Source: a virus
Lineage: Duplodnaviria; Caudoviricetes
Virus record (IMG/VR): IMGVR_UViG_3300042868_002569
Location: 1-60,723 of that record
Strand: one strand, 5' to 3'
DNA length: 60,723 nt
Below, piece after piece: positions 52,866-60,723 of the stretch; the first letter of the stretch is position 1, and every line of letters begins with the position of its first letter. Made by a program: the position numbers and the translations under genes. The notes under the pieces are model-generated. The model had not been told where the DNA came from. It worked only from the letters and a program-made list of their open reading frames with translations, and ran no database searches.

Positions 52866-54025
52866 TATTTAGCCTCCAAAACCTCTATACGTTTAACAAG
52901 CTCAGCAATAGCTGCAAAGGCTAGAGCGCTTAATTTTTCATAGTCAACCGCTAATGAACCATCTGGACGGGTTCTAATTGCTTGTGGGAATACTGCTTGT
53001 ACGTCTTGGGCAATAACGCCAAAGTCAGCTTTCTGAATAAAGTACCCATCTTCACCACCGTGCTCAGCAATGTAAGCATCAGTCCAATCAAAGTATTTAC
53101 CACCAATTGCTGCTACTTTAGCTGTTGCATCATCAATAACACGTACGTTTTCTTTAAACTTAGCGTCAGAAGAGTAGTACGCAGTAATGTTGTTTGTTGC
53201 ACGAATCTCGCCAGTAGTGCCTGAAGCTGCTGTACCTATACCTAAAGAACCTACTTGGTAGCTTGTCCCAGTGCCAAGTGCTGTAATGCCAGAACCAGAA
53301 CCGTTAAATGTAGTTGCATTGATTGTTGTGCCAGTAATAACTGCGCCAGCAAAGTTACCTGAAGCATCGCGGGCTACAATTGTGCTTGCGCCGTTAGCTG
53401 AAGCTGCTGTTGTTCTTGCATTATCTAGAGTACCGCTTGATACCGCTGAAGCGTTTAATGATGTTACGTTAGCCCCAGAAAATGCTGCTGTAGCAGAGCC
53501 TGTTCCGCCGTTAGCTACTGGAAGAACCCCAGTTACGTTTGACTGTAAATTTGCATAAGTAGTAGATGTTGACCCTGTACCGCCAGAAGCGATTGGTAAT
53601 GCAGTGCCTAATGTCAATGAAGTTAGGTGGGTAGATACGTCAACTACGTTTGTGCCGTTGTTATAAACCCACATTGTTTTACCAGCTGGAACCGCAATAC
53701 CTGTACCGCCAGAGTTCTTAATTGTGATGGCATCGGCGCAGCCGTTGTTAACTATATAGACCTTTTCAATAGCGGGAACTATCAAGTTCTGTGCGCCGCC
53801 TGAAGTACCTGTTAGGTTTAAACGTAAATTACGCGCTGTCTGCGTAGAGTTTGTGTCTGTAAGCGCTAGCGTTACAGTAGTACTAGCAAAAGTAACATCC
53901 GCTGAGCCAACAATGGCTTCTTCAAGGGCTGTGCCTAAATTGACGTTAGTAACGTTACCCCACGTGCCTGAGTTCTCACCCGTGGTCATGAGCTGAATTT
54001 TTAAAGCTGAATATGTACTTGCCAT
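52865..54025 (-). CDS. Tail fibre with C-terminal intramolecular chaperone (peptidase S74-type)
   Basis: LPIASGGTG / LPVANGGTG repeats; SDAKFKENV autocleavage motif, GVIAQDV, VDYEKL. Confidence 0.85.
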   Translation of the reverse strand: MASTYSALKIQLMTTGENSGTWGNVTNVNLGTALEEAIVGSADVTFASTTVTLALTDTNSTQTARNLRLNLTGTSGGAQNLIVPAIEKVYIVNNGCADAITIKNSGGTGIAVPAGKTMWVYNNGTNVVDVSTHLTSLTLGTALPIASGGTGSTSTTYANLQSNVTGVLPVANGGTGSATAAFSGANVTSLNASAVSSGTLDNARTTAASANGASTIVARDASGNFAGAVITGTTINATTFNGSGSGITALGTGTSYQVGSLGIGTAASGTTGEIRATNNITAYYSSDAKFKENVRVIDDATAKVAAIGGKYFDWTDAYIAEHGGEDGYFIQKADFGVIAQDVQAVFPQAIRTRPDGSLAVDYEKLSALAFAAIAELVKRIEVLEAK

Positions 54026-54034
54026 TTATTACTC

Positions 54035-54946
54035 CTAAGCCGCTATGGGCACCCAGTTTGGTGTTTGTGATGTATCTATCAAGCCCCAGACCAGAGGTCT
54101 AGCTACTCGACCAGTAGCACTTACGCCCGTTAATATTACACTAGCATCGCCGTTTATAGCAACACTACCTAAAGAAATTGTTCCTAATACCCCTGTAACT
54201 ACTACATTAGCATCAGTATCTACTTCATCTTCGCCTAATCCTACAGTACCTGCTACTCCAGTGACGTTAACTATGGCTTTACCATCAATTTCTATAGTAC
54301 CAAGTGTGCCAGTACCAAAAACACCCGTCGGGAATACATTAGCCTTGGCATCAATCTCTTCTTCGCCTAATTGGCCTGTGCCAGATACGCCAGTAACAAA
54401 TACCTTATTTATACTTCGTGCGTCTACAGTGCCTACCGCTGTATTGGCTTGAACTCCTGTTACGTTAACAAAAGCTATACCAGTTACGGTTACATTGCCC
54501 GCGCTACCTGAAGCATTTAGTCCAGTTACGACAGCATTAACTTTAGCGTCTACTTCTTCTTCGCCTAAAGAAGTTGTTAACCCAAACCCAGTTACGCTAA
54601 TAATATTGTTGGTTATTAAAGAAACTTGACCTGTAGAAGCAGTTGCAGATGTACCAACCACACCGTGATTAGTATCGGCATTAATCTGAACTTGGCCAAT
54701 ATTTACAGTAGCAGCTTCACCAACCACCCCGTGATTAGAACCAGCGTCTACAGCTACTCCAACTTCAATGGCACCAAGCGCAGCTTCGCCAGTTAAAACT
54801 ACTGACGCTTTTGCTTCTATAGTTACAGAACCTACAGAACCTGACGCAGCTACGCCGTCAACTGATACTTCTAATACATCAAGCCCCCAGGCGCCACGCG
54901 ACCAGGGACCACTACCCCACCCAACGTACTCGATAGATGAGGGCAT
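54035..54946 (-). CDS. Repetitive beta-rich virion protein
   Basis: About 11 repeats of V(T/V)GVxxTxxxGxxx. Confidence 0.6.
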   Translation of the reverse strand: MPSSIEYVGWGSGPWSRGAWGLDVLEVSVDGVAASGSVGSVTIEAKASVVLTGEAALGAIEVGVAVDAGSNHGVVGEAATVNIGQVQINADTNHGVVGTSATASTGQVSLITNNIISVTGFGLTTSLGEEEVDAKVNAVVTGLNASGSAGNVTVTGIAFVNVTGVQANTAVGTVDARSINKVFVTGVSGTGQLGEEEIDAKANVFPTGVFGTGTLGTIEIDGKAIVNVTGVAGTVGLGEDEVDTDANVVVTGVLGTISLGSVAINGDASVILTGVSATGRVARPLVWGLIDTSQTPNWVPIAA

Positions 54947-54953
54947 AACTTAA

Positions 54954-55430
54954 TTAAGCTATGCGGATAATAGCGTTAGACGCATCAAACGCTGGGAAAA
55001 TAATAGTAAAGTCACCTGCAGTAGATGTTTTATCACCACCAAAATCCAACACACAAACAGCCGCATTAGTCAACGCTGAGTTAGCATTGTCGTTAGCAGA
55101 AGGTGTTGTGTTATAAATCAACGCGCCACGAGCTGTTGTAGTTACGTTTGAAAACACTAAATCGCTAAAATCAGTAAAGCCTGTACCAGCGGTAGCGTTA
55201 GTATTTGTTGTACCAACACCAAGGTTAGTCAAAGCTAAACCACCAGCAGTAACGCCAGTAGCCTCATTTGAAGCTGAGTAAGTAGTTGTATTAGCATCTA
55301 GTGAAGCTGAAGATGTATACAAAGCTAGTTTGAAAGTGTCTGCACCTGCTTGTGCTGCTGGACGGAAATCGTGAACACCTAGCAAAAGCTGAGCTTTGAA
55401 AGACGTGCACATTGCTTGAGTAATAGCCAT
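54954..55430 (-). CDS. Virion structural protein
   Basis: MAITQAMCTSFK...FKLALYT...ARGALIYN...VLDFGGDKTST. Confidence 0.65.
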   Translation of the reverse strand: MAITQAMCTSFKAQLLLGVHDFRPAAQAGADTFKLALYTSSASLDANTTTYSASNEATGVTAGGLALTNLGVGTTNTNATAGTGFTDFSDLVFSNVTTTARGALIYNTTPSANDNANSALTNAAVCVLDFGGDKTSTAGDFTIIFPAFDASNAIIRIA

Positions 55431-55441
55431 TTAAGGACTCC

Positions 55442-55732
55442 TTAATCTTTTAATAAAATAGTTAACTCAGGATAACCAGCTTCTCTTAAACGATTAGCAA
55501 TGGTCGTACGGTCTGAGCGGACCGCTTGTTGCAAATACTGCAATAAAACAACCCGTAAGTTATTTTTAAATGTTTCTGCCTGGTCACGAATCACTGGGTG
55601 AGACTTTGACCCAACATAAACAATCTTGTCTAGCGCCATTTCGGCTAACTCTTCTGGTGTAAAACCACGCCCAGATGTTGAAAGCACTGAAACATTGCCT
55701 CCTATGAAGCCGTCTACTGTATCTAAGTTCAT
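55442..55732 (-). CDS. Hypothetical protein
   Basis: RGFTPEELAE...IRDQA...SDRTT. Confidence 0.65.
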   Translation of the reverse strand: MNLDTVDGFIGGNVSVLSTSGRGFTPEELAEMALDKIVYVGSKSHPVIRDQAETFKNNLRVVLLQYLQQAVRSDRTTIANRLREAGYPELTILLKD

Positions 55733-56418
55733 CGTACTGGTATCCTTGCTTGCATTGTTCTGTAGGTATCTTGACGATTCTTACCTTCACCAAGTTGTTT
55801 AAGCAACAGTATAGACTCATCATAGCGCTTTGAATACTGCCCAATTACATCTGCCTCACCCTTCATAAAGGTGTACGCTTCGATTAATGAGCCATATAAC
55901 AAAACCTGGTCAAAGTTATCACCCAACCATGAAGTGCCGCTAGGTGAATTTACGATAGAAATCGGATAATAAAAGTAATGCAACTCCATGTTGTAATCAG
56001 CGTCAGGAGTTGGCCCTAGAATAAACGTTGTGTCGTCAAATATAGCGTAATGGGCTGGCGTGCCGGTTGCTGTTGGTATTGGATAGGCTTCTCTAATAAA
56101 CTCTACGTCTTTATTTAGCAAGTAAGATTGCGCGCCTGTTACAGGGTCAATAGCAGCTAAAGAAAATGTTGCTAACCAATCTGAAGGCACGTTTAGAAAT
56201 CTATTACTAGTTGTAGCCTGACCAGTTACGTTCTTACGAAAGTCTGGAAGCTGAACTGAGTTAAAAATACGTTGTTCGGCTTGGTATATAAAAGTATTAA
56301 TTTGGGTAGTGCCACTAACTGTAGCCGTGCCCGTACCCGCCGTATCGGTCCAGTCCTGATTAGGAAAGTCGTTTTCGACGTAACTTTTAATTAATCCAAA
56401 CAGCGATGTATAATTCAT
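55729..56418 (-). CDS. Probable head-tail adaptor / tail tubular A-like protein
   Basis: FIYQAEQRI...GTPAHYA...LGPTPD..Y...LLYGSLIEAY. Confidence 0.6.
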   Translation of the reverse strand: MNYTSLFGLIKSYVENDFPNQDWTDTAGTGTATVSGTTQINTFIYQAEQRIFNSVQLPDFRKNVTGQATTSNRFLNVPSDWLATFSLAAIDPVTGAQSYLLNKDVEFIREAYPIPTATGTPAHYAIFDDTTFILGPTPDADYNMELHYFYYPISIVNSPSGTSWLGDNFDQVLLYGSLIEAYTFMKGEADVIGQYSKRYDESILLLKQLGEGKNRQDTYRTMQARIPVR

Positions 56419-56430
56419 TAGGGTTTACCC

Positions 56431-56691
56431 TTAAGCCATTGGACCGCGTGCTTTAGTGCCTTTAGTAGCTGCACCTGTGCCACGAATCTTCATTTCGCCA
56501 TGCTTGTTATCAGGAGCATAGTTGCCCTTGGTAAAACCACCAACAGACATGTTTACTTTATCTATGCCATTGCCTGGCTTAGTTACTGCGTCTTTAACGT
56601 TTTTCATCTTTTTACCGTCCATAGTATGTGGCTCAGCATATACAGAAGCTGGACCTACTTCTTTCCCGCCTTTTTTCATACTGTAAGCCAT
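56431..56691 (-). CDS. Small basic protein
   Basis: C-terminal RGTGAATKG motif. Confidence 0.65.
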   Translation of the reverse strand: MAYSMKKGGKEVGPASVYAEPHTMDGKKMKNVKDAVTKPGNGIDKVNMSVGGFTKGNYAPDNKHGEMKIRGTGAATKGTKARGPMA

Positions 56692-56693
56692 AA

Positions 56694-56888
56694 TTAACCT
56701 CGCTTTTGAGCAGCGACTTTAGCTAAGCCACGACCCATAGTTTTCATATCAATATTGCGCTTACCACCGCCAGAGCCTTTGCCGCCCTTACCTTTTAGCG
56801 CTGCTACTGTTGGACCTGAATCACCAAGGTTTTTACCCTTAGTTTTGCCTTGTTTAGTAATACCGTCTGCACCTGATTTATACGCCAT
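56694..56888 (-). CDS. Small basic protein
   Basis: ADGITKQGKTKG motif. Confidence 0.6.
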   Translation of the reverse strand: MAYKSGADGITKQGKTKGKNLGDSGPTVAALKGKGGKGSGGGKRNIDMKTMGRGLAKVAAQKRG

Positions 56889-56897
56889 GATTTACTC

Positions 56898-57320
56898 CTA
56901 AGAAGTTGTTATTGTAACTGTACCAAGTTGTGCCTGTCCTATCAAGGTATTTGGTGTTAATCCAAAGTCATTACCCATTCCTACAGGATTCCAACCCCAG
57001 TAAATCTCTCTACTACCACCAGCAGGAAATCCAATGCCTTGAATACTTGTGCTATCTGTTAATAATTCTTGCAAGCCAGTTGTACCGGAAACTATATAAC
57101 TTAAGTCAGGACGTGGTTCACGAATTGCCTGTGGGTCATTGACCGGATACATACCCAATTGTAACTGTGGTTGGTCTGGATTCCAACAGGACTTGCATAC
57201 TTTTATCTTAAATGGCTTAGTTTTTACAGTCTCGGTTCTAAGGTCTTTAAGCTTAAATCTAAAGTCACAACGGTCGCATTGTGCAATTGCATTCTTACCA
57301 GAGGCGAACTTAGTAGGCAT
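56898..57320 (-). CDS. Zinc-binding hypothetical protein
   Basis: CDRC...CKSC, DPQAIREPRPD. Confidence 0.7.
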   Translation of the reverse strand: MPTKFASGKNAIAQCDRCDFRFKLKDLRTETVKTKPFKIKVCKSCWNPDQPQLQLGMYPVNDPQAIREPRPDLSYIVSGTTGLQELLTDSTSIQGIGFPAGGSREIYWGWNPVGMGNDFGLTPNTLIGQAQLGTVTITTS

Positions 57321-57322
57321 GC

Positions 57323-58255
57323 TTACCTGTAATAGAACATGTTACGTGGAACAAAACGCACTGACGCTTTGTCTCGGTCCTCAGAAGAAGCTAGGTCCCA
57401 TTGTTTCTCATAGTCGGCTTGCAACATCATTATTCTGTTTGGGTCTACTTCAGGTTTCTTCATAGACATGTGATACGCCAACCCTGCTACAAAGCATGGC
57501 AACAAGCGGAACGGAATATCTTGTTCATACGTGCCACCTGCACCAGCGTCTTGCATGCGACGTAGCCTGTAATACACAAATGTGTACTGATTGCCTGGCG
57601 GGTTAGGCGTAGGCCATAGGTTTACGCACGGTAAGTTCTGTACGGTAATCGCTGCGCCAGTTGTGTGCGCAGCTGCCGTTGTACCGTTTTGTCCACGGTA
57701 GCAGTTAACTAGTTGATTGCCACTGATGTTTGAGTAGCTAATTGTCTCACTGTCAATCTTAATAAAACCTACAGAAGCTAAGTTAGCTGTAGAGCTAAGA
57801 GTGATAGTAGTATCGGTAGCGCTAATAGTGCCGTTTAACGTAACAGTTGTAGCGTTGTCCATGCCTGATTGGCGGTTGACGTACATCTGAATTGGACGTC
57901 CAGTTGTTAGCTTGTTCGGGATTGACATATACGTCGGCTCTGCAATACGGCTGATGTTGATGTCAATCTGGTTAGATGTGCTACCGTTTTGTGTACGAAT
58001 AACTGCATCAAGAATGTCGATAGTATCAACAGGCAACGGATAGATAGGCTGTCCAGTCACCATAGGAATAGACTGTTGCTCAACTGTCCAAAGATTAATA
58101 CCTCGATTTGCCCACTCAATTGCCATCAAGTTCATTGAACGTCTAGCAGTTTTTAGGTCATAGCCTGTGCGTGACTCTAGCCCACAACGCTCGAACGCTT
58201 CTTCAACGATGTTGTTTAGGTCTAGATTAAAGGACGTTGTACCTGATGTGCTCAT
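57323..58255 (-). CDS. Probable head-completion / neck virion protein
   Basis: EEAFERCG...ARRSMNL..EWANRGINLW...GLAY. Confidence 0.6.
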   Translation of the reverse strand: MSTSGTTSFNLDLNNIVEEAFERCGLESRTGYDLKTARRSMNLMAIEWANRGINLWTVEQQSIPMVTGQPIYPLPVDTIDILDAVIRTQNGSTSNQIDINISRIAEPTYMSIPNKLTTGRPIQMYVNRQSGMDNATTVTLNGTISATDTTITLSSTANLASVGFIKIDSETISYSNISGNQLVNCYRGQNGTTAAAHTTGAAITVQNLPCVNLWPTPNPPGNQYTFVYYRLRRMQDAGAGGTYEQDIPFRLLPCFVAGLAYHMSMKKPEVDPNRIMMLQADYEKQWDLASSEDRDKASVRFVPRNMFYYR

Positions 58256-58506
58256 TATTTAACCTTTCGGTACGGCTTTACTTTTTGTTTAACACTCTTA
58301 GGCTGGGCTACAAACTGTTTTCCAGCTGCTTTTCCTGCTCGTTTTGCTTTGGTTGTTGCTGCGTATTCAGCAGGTGACAACGCTTTGATTGCTTTTTCTG
58401 GCAAGTATCGTTCTCCAGTATCACTTGAACGTTTCCCAGACTTAGTCGTCCACTTCTGGTCACCCCAAGATTTAAGAGAGCGCTGACTTTTTGCAAGGCC
58501 ACTCAC
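58255..58506 (-). CDS. Small basic phage protein
   Basis: SLKSWGDQKWTT...ERYLP. Confidence 0.7.
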   Translation of the reverse strand: MSGLAKSQRSLKSWGDQKWTTKSGKRSSDTGERYLPEKAIKALSPAEYAATTKAKRAGKAAGKQFVAQPKSVKQKVKPYRKVK

Positions 58507-58788
58507 TTACTTATACCCGCCGCCAGACGCTTTATAGCGCTTGGCTAATAGCTGAGCCTTACGAGCACTCCACTGACCCGCAGCGGTGCCCTGAACGGCT
58601 GAGTTCTTAATACTGTTAAACATAGCTTTACGCTTGCCTGGTTGGGTGTAGTTACCCGCAGCATTTACCTTAGAAACTTTACCGCCTTCAGCGTATTGCG
58701 TGAAGTCAGTATCGTCCCTACGGGCTTTCTTCTTCCCTTTAGGCATCTTGCTTGGGTTAATTGCGCCCATACCACGACTAGGTCTCAT
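58507..58788 (-). CDS. Small basic phage protein
   Basis: Start MRPSRGMG; GQWSARKAQLLAKRYKASGGGY. Confidence 0.7.
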   Translation of the reverse strand: MRPSRGMGAINPSKMPKGKKKARRDDTDFTQYAEGGKVSKVNAAGNYTQPGKRKAMFNSIKNSAVQGTAAGQWSARKAQLLAKRYKASGGGYK

Positions 58789-58789
58789 A

Positions 58790-59206
58790 TTAAGCTCTTG
58801 TTTTTCCACGGATAGCTATGCCATCGGCGCGCTTAGAAGCTGAAGATACTTTACCGCCAGCCTTGTAGTTCATCTTCTTCATCTTGTCCATCTTGTCTGA
58901 CGGCATGCCGCCACCACCGCCACCACTAGTTCTTGACATGGCTTTTTCTCTTTTGTTTTCAGCTTCAGCCTCTTTGTATCCAGCTTTATCGTTAGCATCT
59001 TTAAGGGCAACTTCTTTTGCGGTGCGGTCTCGCCCATACTTTGACCCAAAGTCATCATTGCTCAAACTTAGAACATCCGTCCTTAAACTAGCTTTGGTTT
59101 TTTGTATATCTGCTCTTCGAGCTTCTTGCGCTTCCACTCTTTTTTGCATATCGGTATCGTACTTTTTACGATATTCTGGGTCTATGTCGTATAAATCCTG
59201 GTCCAT
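58790..59206 (-). CDS. Small protein with shared C-terminal SASKRADG..RGKT tag
   Basis: Ends YKAGGKVSSASKRADGIAIRGKTRA. Confidence 0.7.
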   Translation of the reverse strand: MDQDLYDIDPEYRKKYDTDMQKRVEAQEARRADIQKTKASLRTDVLSLSNDDFGSKYGRDRTAKEVALKDANDKAGYKEAEAENKREKAMSRTSGGGGGGMPSDKMDKMKKMNYKAGGKVSSASKRADGIAIRGKTRA

Positions 59207-59208
59207 GA

Positions 59209-59460
59209 TTACACCATCCTTCCACGGGTTTTACCCTTAATAGCGCATCCGTCTGCACGCTTAGATGCTGAGCCAACCATACCACCCTTAGCCTTCTTAA
59301 CTGGCTCTTTGGTCGGCTTAACTTTTTCAATCATGCGGTTTACTTTAGCCTGTGTTGTATCTGGGTTTTTAGCATCTTGTTCAGCCATTTCTTTCTTGGC
59401 TTTCTCATTTTGCTCTTCAGTACCCATAACGTTGTCTTTAAGCTTTTGTAAGAGACTCAT
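59209..59460 (-). CDS. Small protein with shared C-terminal tag
   Basis: Ends KAKGGMVGSASKRADGCAIKGKTRGRMV. Confidence 0.7.
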   Translation of the reverse strand: MSLLQKLKDNVMGTEEQNEKAKKEMAEQDAKNPDTTQAKVNRMIEKVKPTKEPVKKAKGGMVGSASKRADGCAIKGKTRGRMV

Positions 59461-59462
59461 AG

Positions 59463-59858
59463 TTACACCATTCTCCCACGAGTCTTACCACGTTGAGCAA
59501 TACCATCACCACGCTTAGAAGCTGAAGATTTAACCATACCGCCTTTTTTAGCTCCGACGACATCACTCATCTTACCTTCAGCAGCCCTACCAGGAAGTGA
59601 TTTGCGTTTTGTAGGTTCTTTAGGCTTAGAAGGAGCCATCTCAGTCGTGTACTTTTTACCACGCCATTCAAATGATTTATCACCTTCTTTGCGAGCTGCA
59701 GCAAAAGCTTCTTTAAACGTCATATCCGCGTTTAAATTAGGGTTCATACCCTTGTCAACTTTATACTGAGCTACAGCAGCACCTTGCTGTGCTTTGTCTT
59801 CATCGCTAGGCTCGCGTTCGTAGTCAGGTAGACCACCGTCGTTATAACTTTTTTTCAT
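59463..59858 (-). CDS. Small protein with shared C-terminal tag
   Basis: Ends AKKGGMVKSSASKRGDGIAQRGKTRGRMV. Confidence 0.7.
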   Translation of the reverse strand: MKKSYNDGGLPDYEREPSDEDKAQQGAAVAQYKVDKGMNPNLNADMTFKEAFAAARKEGDKSFEWRGKKYTTEMAPSKPKEPTKRKSLPGRAAEGKMSDVVGAKKGGMVKSSASKRGDGIAQRGKTRGRMV

Positions 59859-60181
59859 TAGCAGCTCCCGCCACGCGTCATCTTAATCATCTTACCTTTA
59901 GTCTTGCCGCGTACTTCAATGCCACCGCCTTTAGCAAGCTTAGATAAGTTAGATTTCTTGCCGCTATGCAATTGCTTTTCGTGCATGCCAACGGCCTTCT
60001 TAACTACCTTCTTGTCCATTTTGACGTCTTCGTGCATACCGCCCTTAGCCATCTTTTTTGATTTGTCTGCTTTCATAAACTCTTCTCCTACGGATTTAGG
60101 TACGCCAGCTTTTTTGGCGAACTTTGGGTTATTGGCTATAGCAGCCATGAAATTATGTTGTTTTTTACTCGTGCTCGGCAT
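59858..60181 (-). CDS. Small basic protein
   Basis: MPSTSKKQHNFMAA...; ends LAKGGGIEVRGKTKGKMIKMTRGGSC. Confidence 0.7.
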   Translation of the reverse strand: MPSTSKKQHNFMAAIANNPKFAKKAGVPKSVGEEFMKADKSKKMAKGGMHEDVKMDKKVVKKAVGMHEKQLHSGKKSNLSKLAKGGGIEVRGKTKGKMIKMTRGGSC

Positions 60182-60356
60182 CTTTTTTACCTAACAATTT
60201 TTGAACTGTTTTGCTTTCGTATATACGTAGCACAGTCCAAATAATACTTAGTAGCGCTGCTACTGCTGGCAACCAACTCATCAATGTTCCTAATACAGTA
60301 AGTAAAGACACGCCGTCTAAAAAGTGCTTTGTACCTTCGTTTAAATGGTCTTTCAT
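60165..60356 (-). CDS. Small membrane protein (holin-like hydrophobicity)
   Basis: VSLLTVLGTLMSWLPAVAALLSIIWTVLRIY. Confidence 0.65.
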   Translation of the reverse strand: MKDHLNEGTKHFLDGVSLLTVLGTLMSWLPAVAALLSIIWTVLRIYESKTVQKLLGKKDAEHE

Positions 60357-60613
60357 TAGCATTTCCACCGTTTTAGTGAGGCTGCCTTACGTGTAGGGCG
60401 ACCTTTTTCGTCTTTCATTGGGCCAGGCATGCCTGACATACGTGCGCAGAATGATTTCTTACGTGGACCACCTTCAGGCTGTGGAGCCTTTAGATTAGAG
60501 CCTGTAGCTGCGTTGTACTTAGCACGGCCTTTAGCAGTAAGCCCCGCACCTTTTGATACGGGTAACTTTTCGCCACGACCTACAGCTAGGGATACACCCT
60601 TTTTCTTAGCCAT
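60356..60613 (-). CDS. Small basic phage protein
   Basis: GLTAKGRAKYN...RKKSFCARM...LKRWKC. Confidence 0.7.
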   Translation of the reverse strand: MAKKKGVSLAVGRGEKLPVSKGAGLTAKGRAKYNAATGSNLKAPQPEGGPRKKSFCARMSGMPGPMKDEKGRPTRKAASLKRWKC

Positions 60614-60722
60614 AGTACACCGTTGCAGTTACAGAAGCGCCACATCCTACAAAAATACCGTTAGGGCAGTAAATACCTTCTCCTGGGATTAAAACAGGTA
60701 AACCAACTGAGCTAAAAGTATC
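60606..60722 (-). CDS. 3' end of a virion-module gene (runs off the right edge)
   Basis: ...LPVLIPGEGIYCPNGIFVGCGASVTATVYYG-stop. Confidence 0.65.
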   Translation of the reverse strand, partial: DTFSSVGLPVLIPGEGIYCPNGIFVGCGASVTATVYYG

Positions 60723-60723
60723 A

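Noticed and set aside
51855-54946. Diversity-generating retroelement acting on tail genes
   Set aside because: No reverse transcriptase and no template/variable repeat pair seen.

Overview
The window is a nearly complete (probably ~62 kb, circularly permuted) tailed dsDNA phage genome with podovirus-like gene content and no bacterial genes. The minus-strand head/packaging block (1-7692) holds terS, terL, portal, a GroES-like co-chaperonin, scaffold and the 5' part of the major capsid gene. The plus-strand early region (8084-18295) holds two paralogous unknown genes, an iteron/IHF origin-like region, a wHTH protein and a MoxR-type AAA + VWA/metallopeptidase pair. The plus-strand replication region (18664-33990) holds VRR-NUC, family A DNA polymerase, a Cas4-like nuclease, a modification-enzyme cluster, HNH, SNF2 helicase, an SSB-like protein and a DUF927-type primase-helicase. 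The minus-strand virion/lysis block runs from 34078 to 60723. The most interesting signal is non-coding. (1) Ten copies of a nested 27-28 bp palindrome GACAnAGTGTCA-N3-4-TGACACTnTGTC punctuate the early region, most sitting directly in front of near-identical ribosome-binding leaders. (2) A putative structured sRNA (~18337-18534) with its own promoter and terminator closes the early region; its 5' end is antisense to those leaders. (3) A second putative sRNA (~34003-34079) closes the replication region and is antisense to the 5' leaders of both replication-region transcripts. Together these suggest a two-tier antisense-RNA plus operator circuit controlling the phage programme. All assignments are from reading the sequence by eye; no database searches or folding programs were run.
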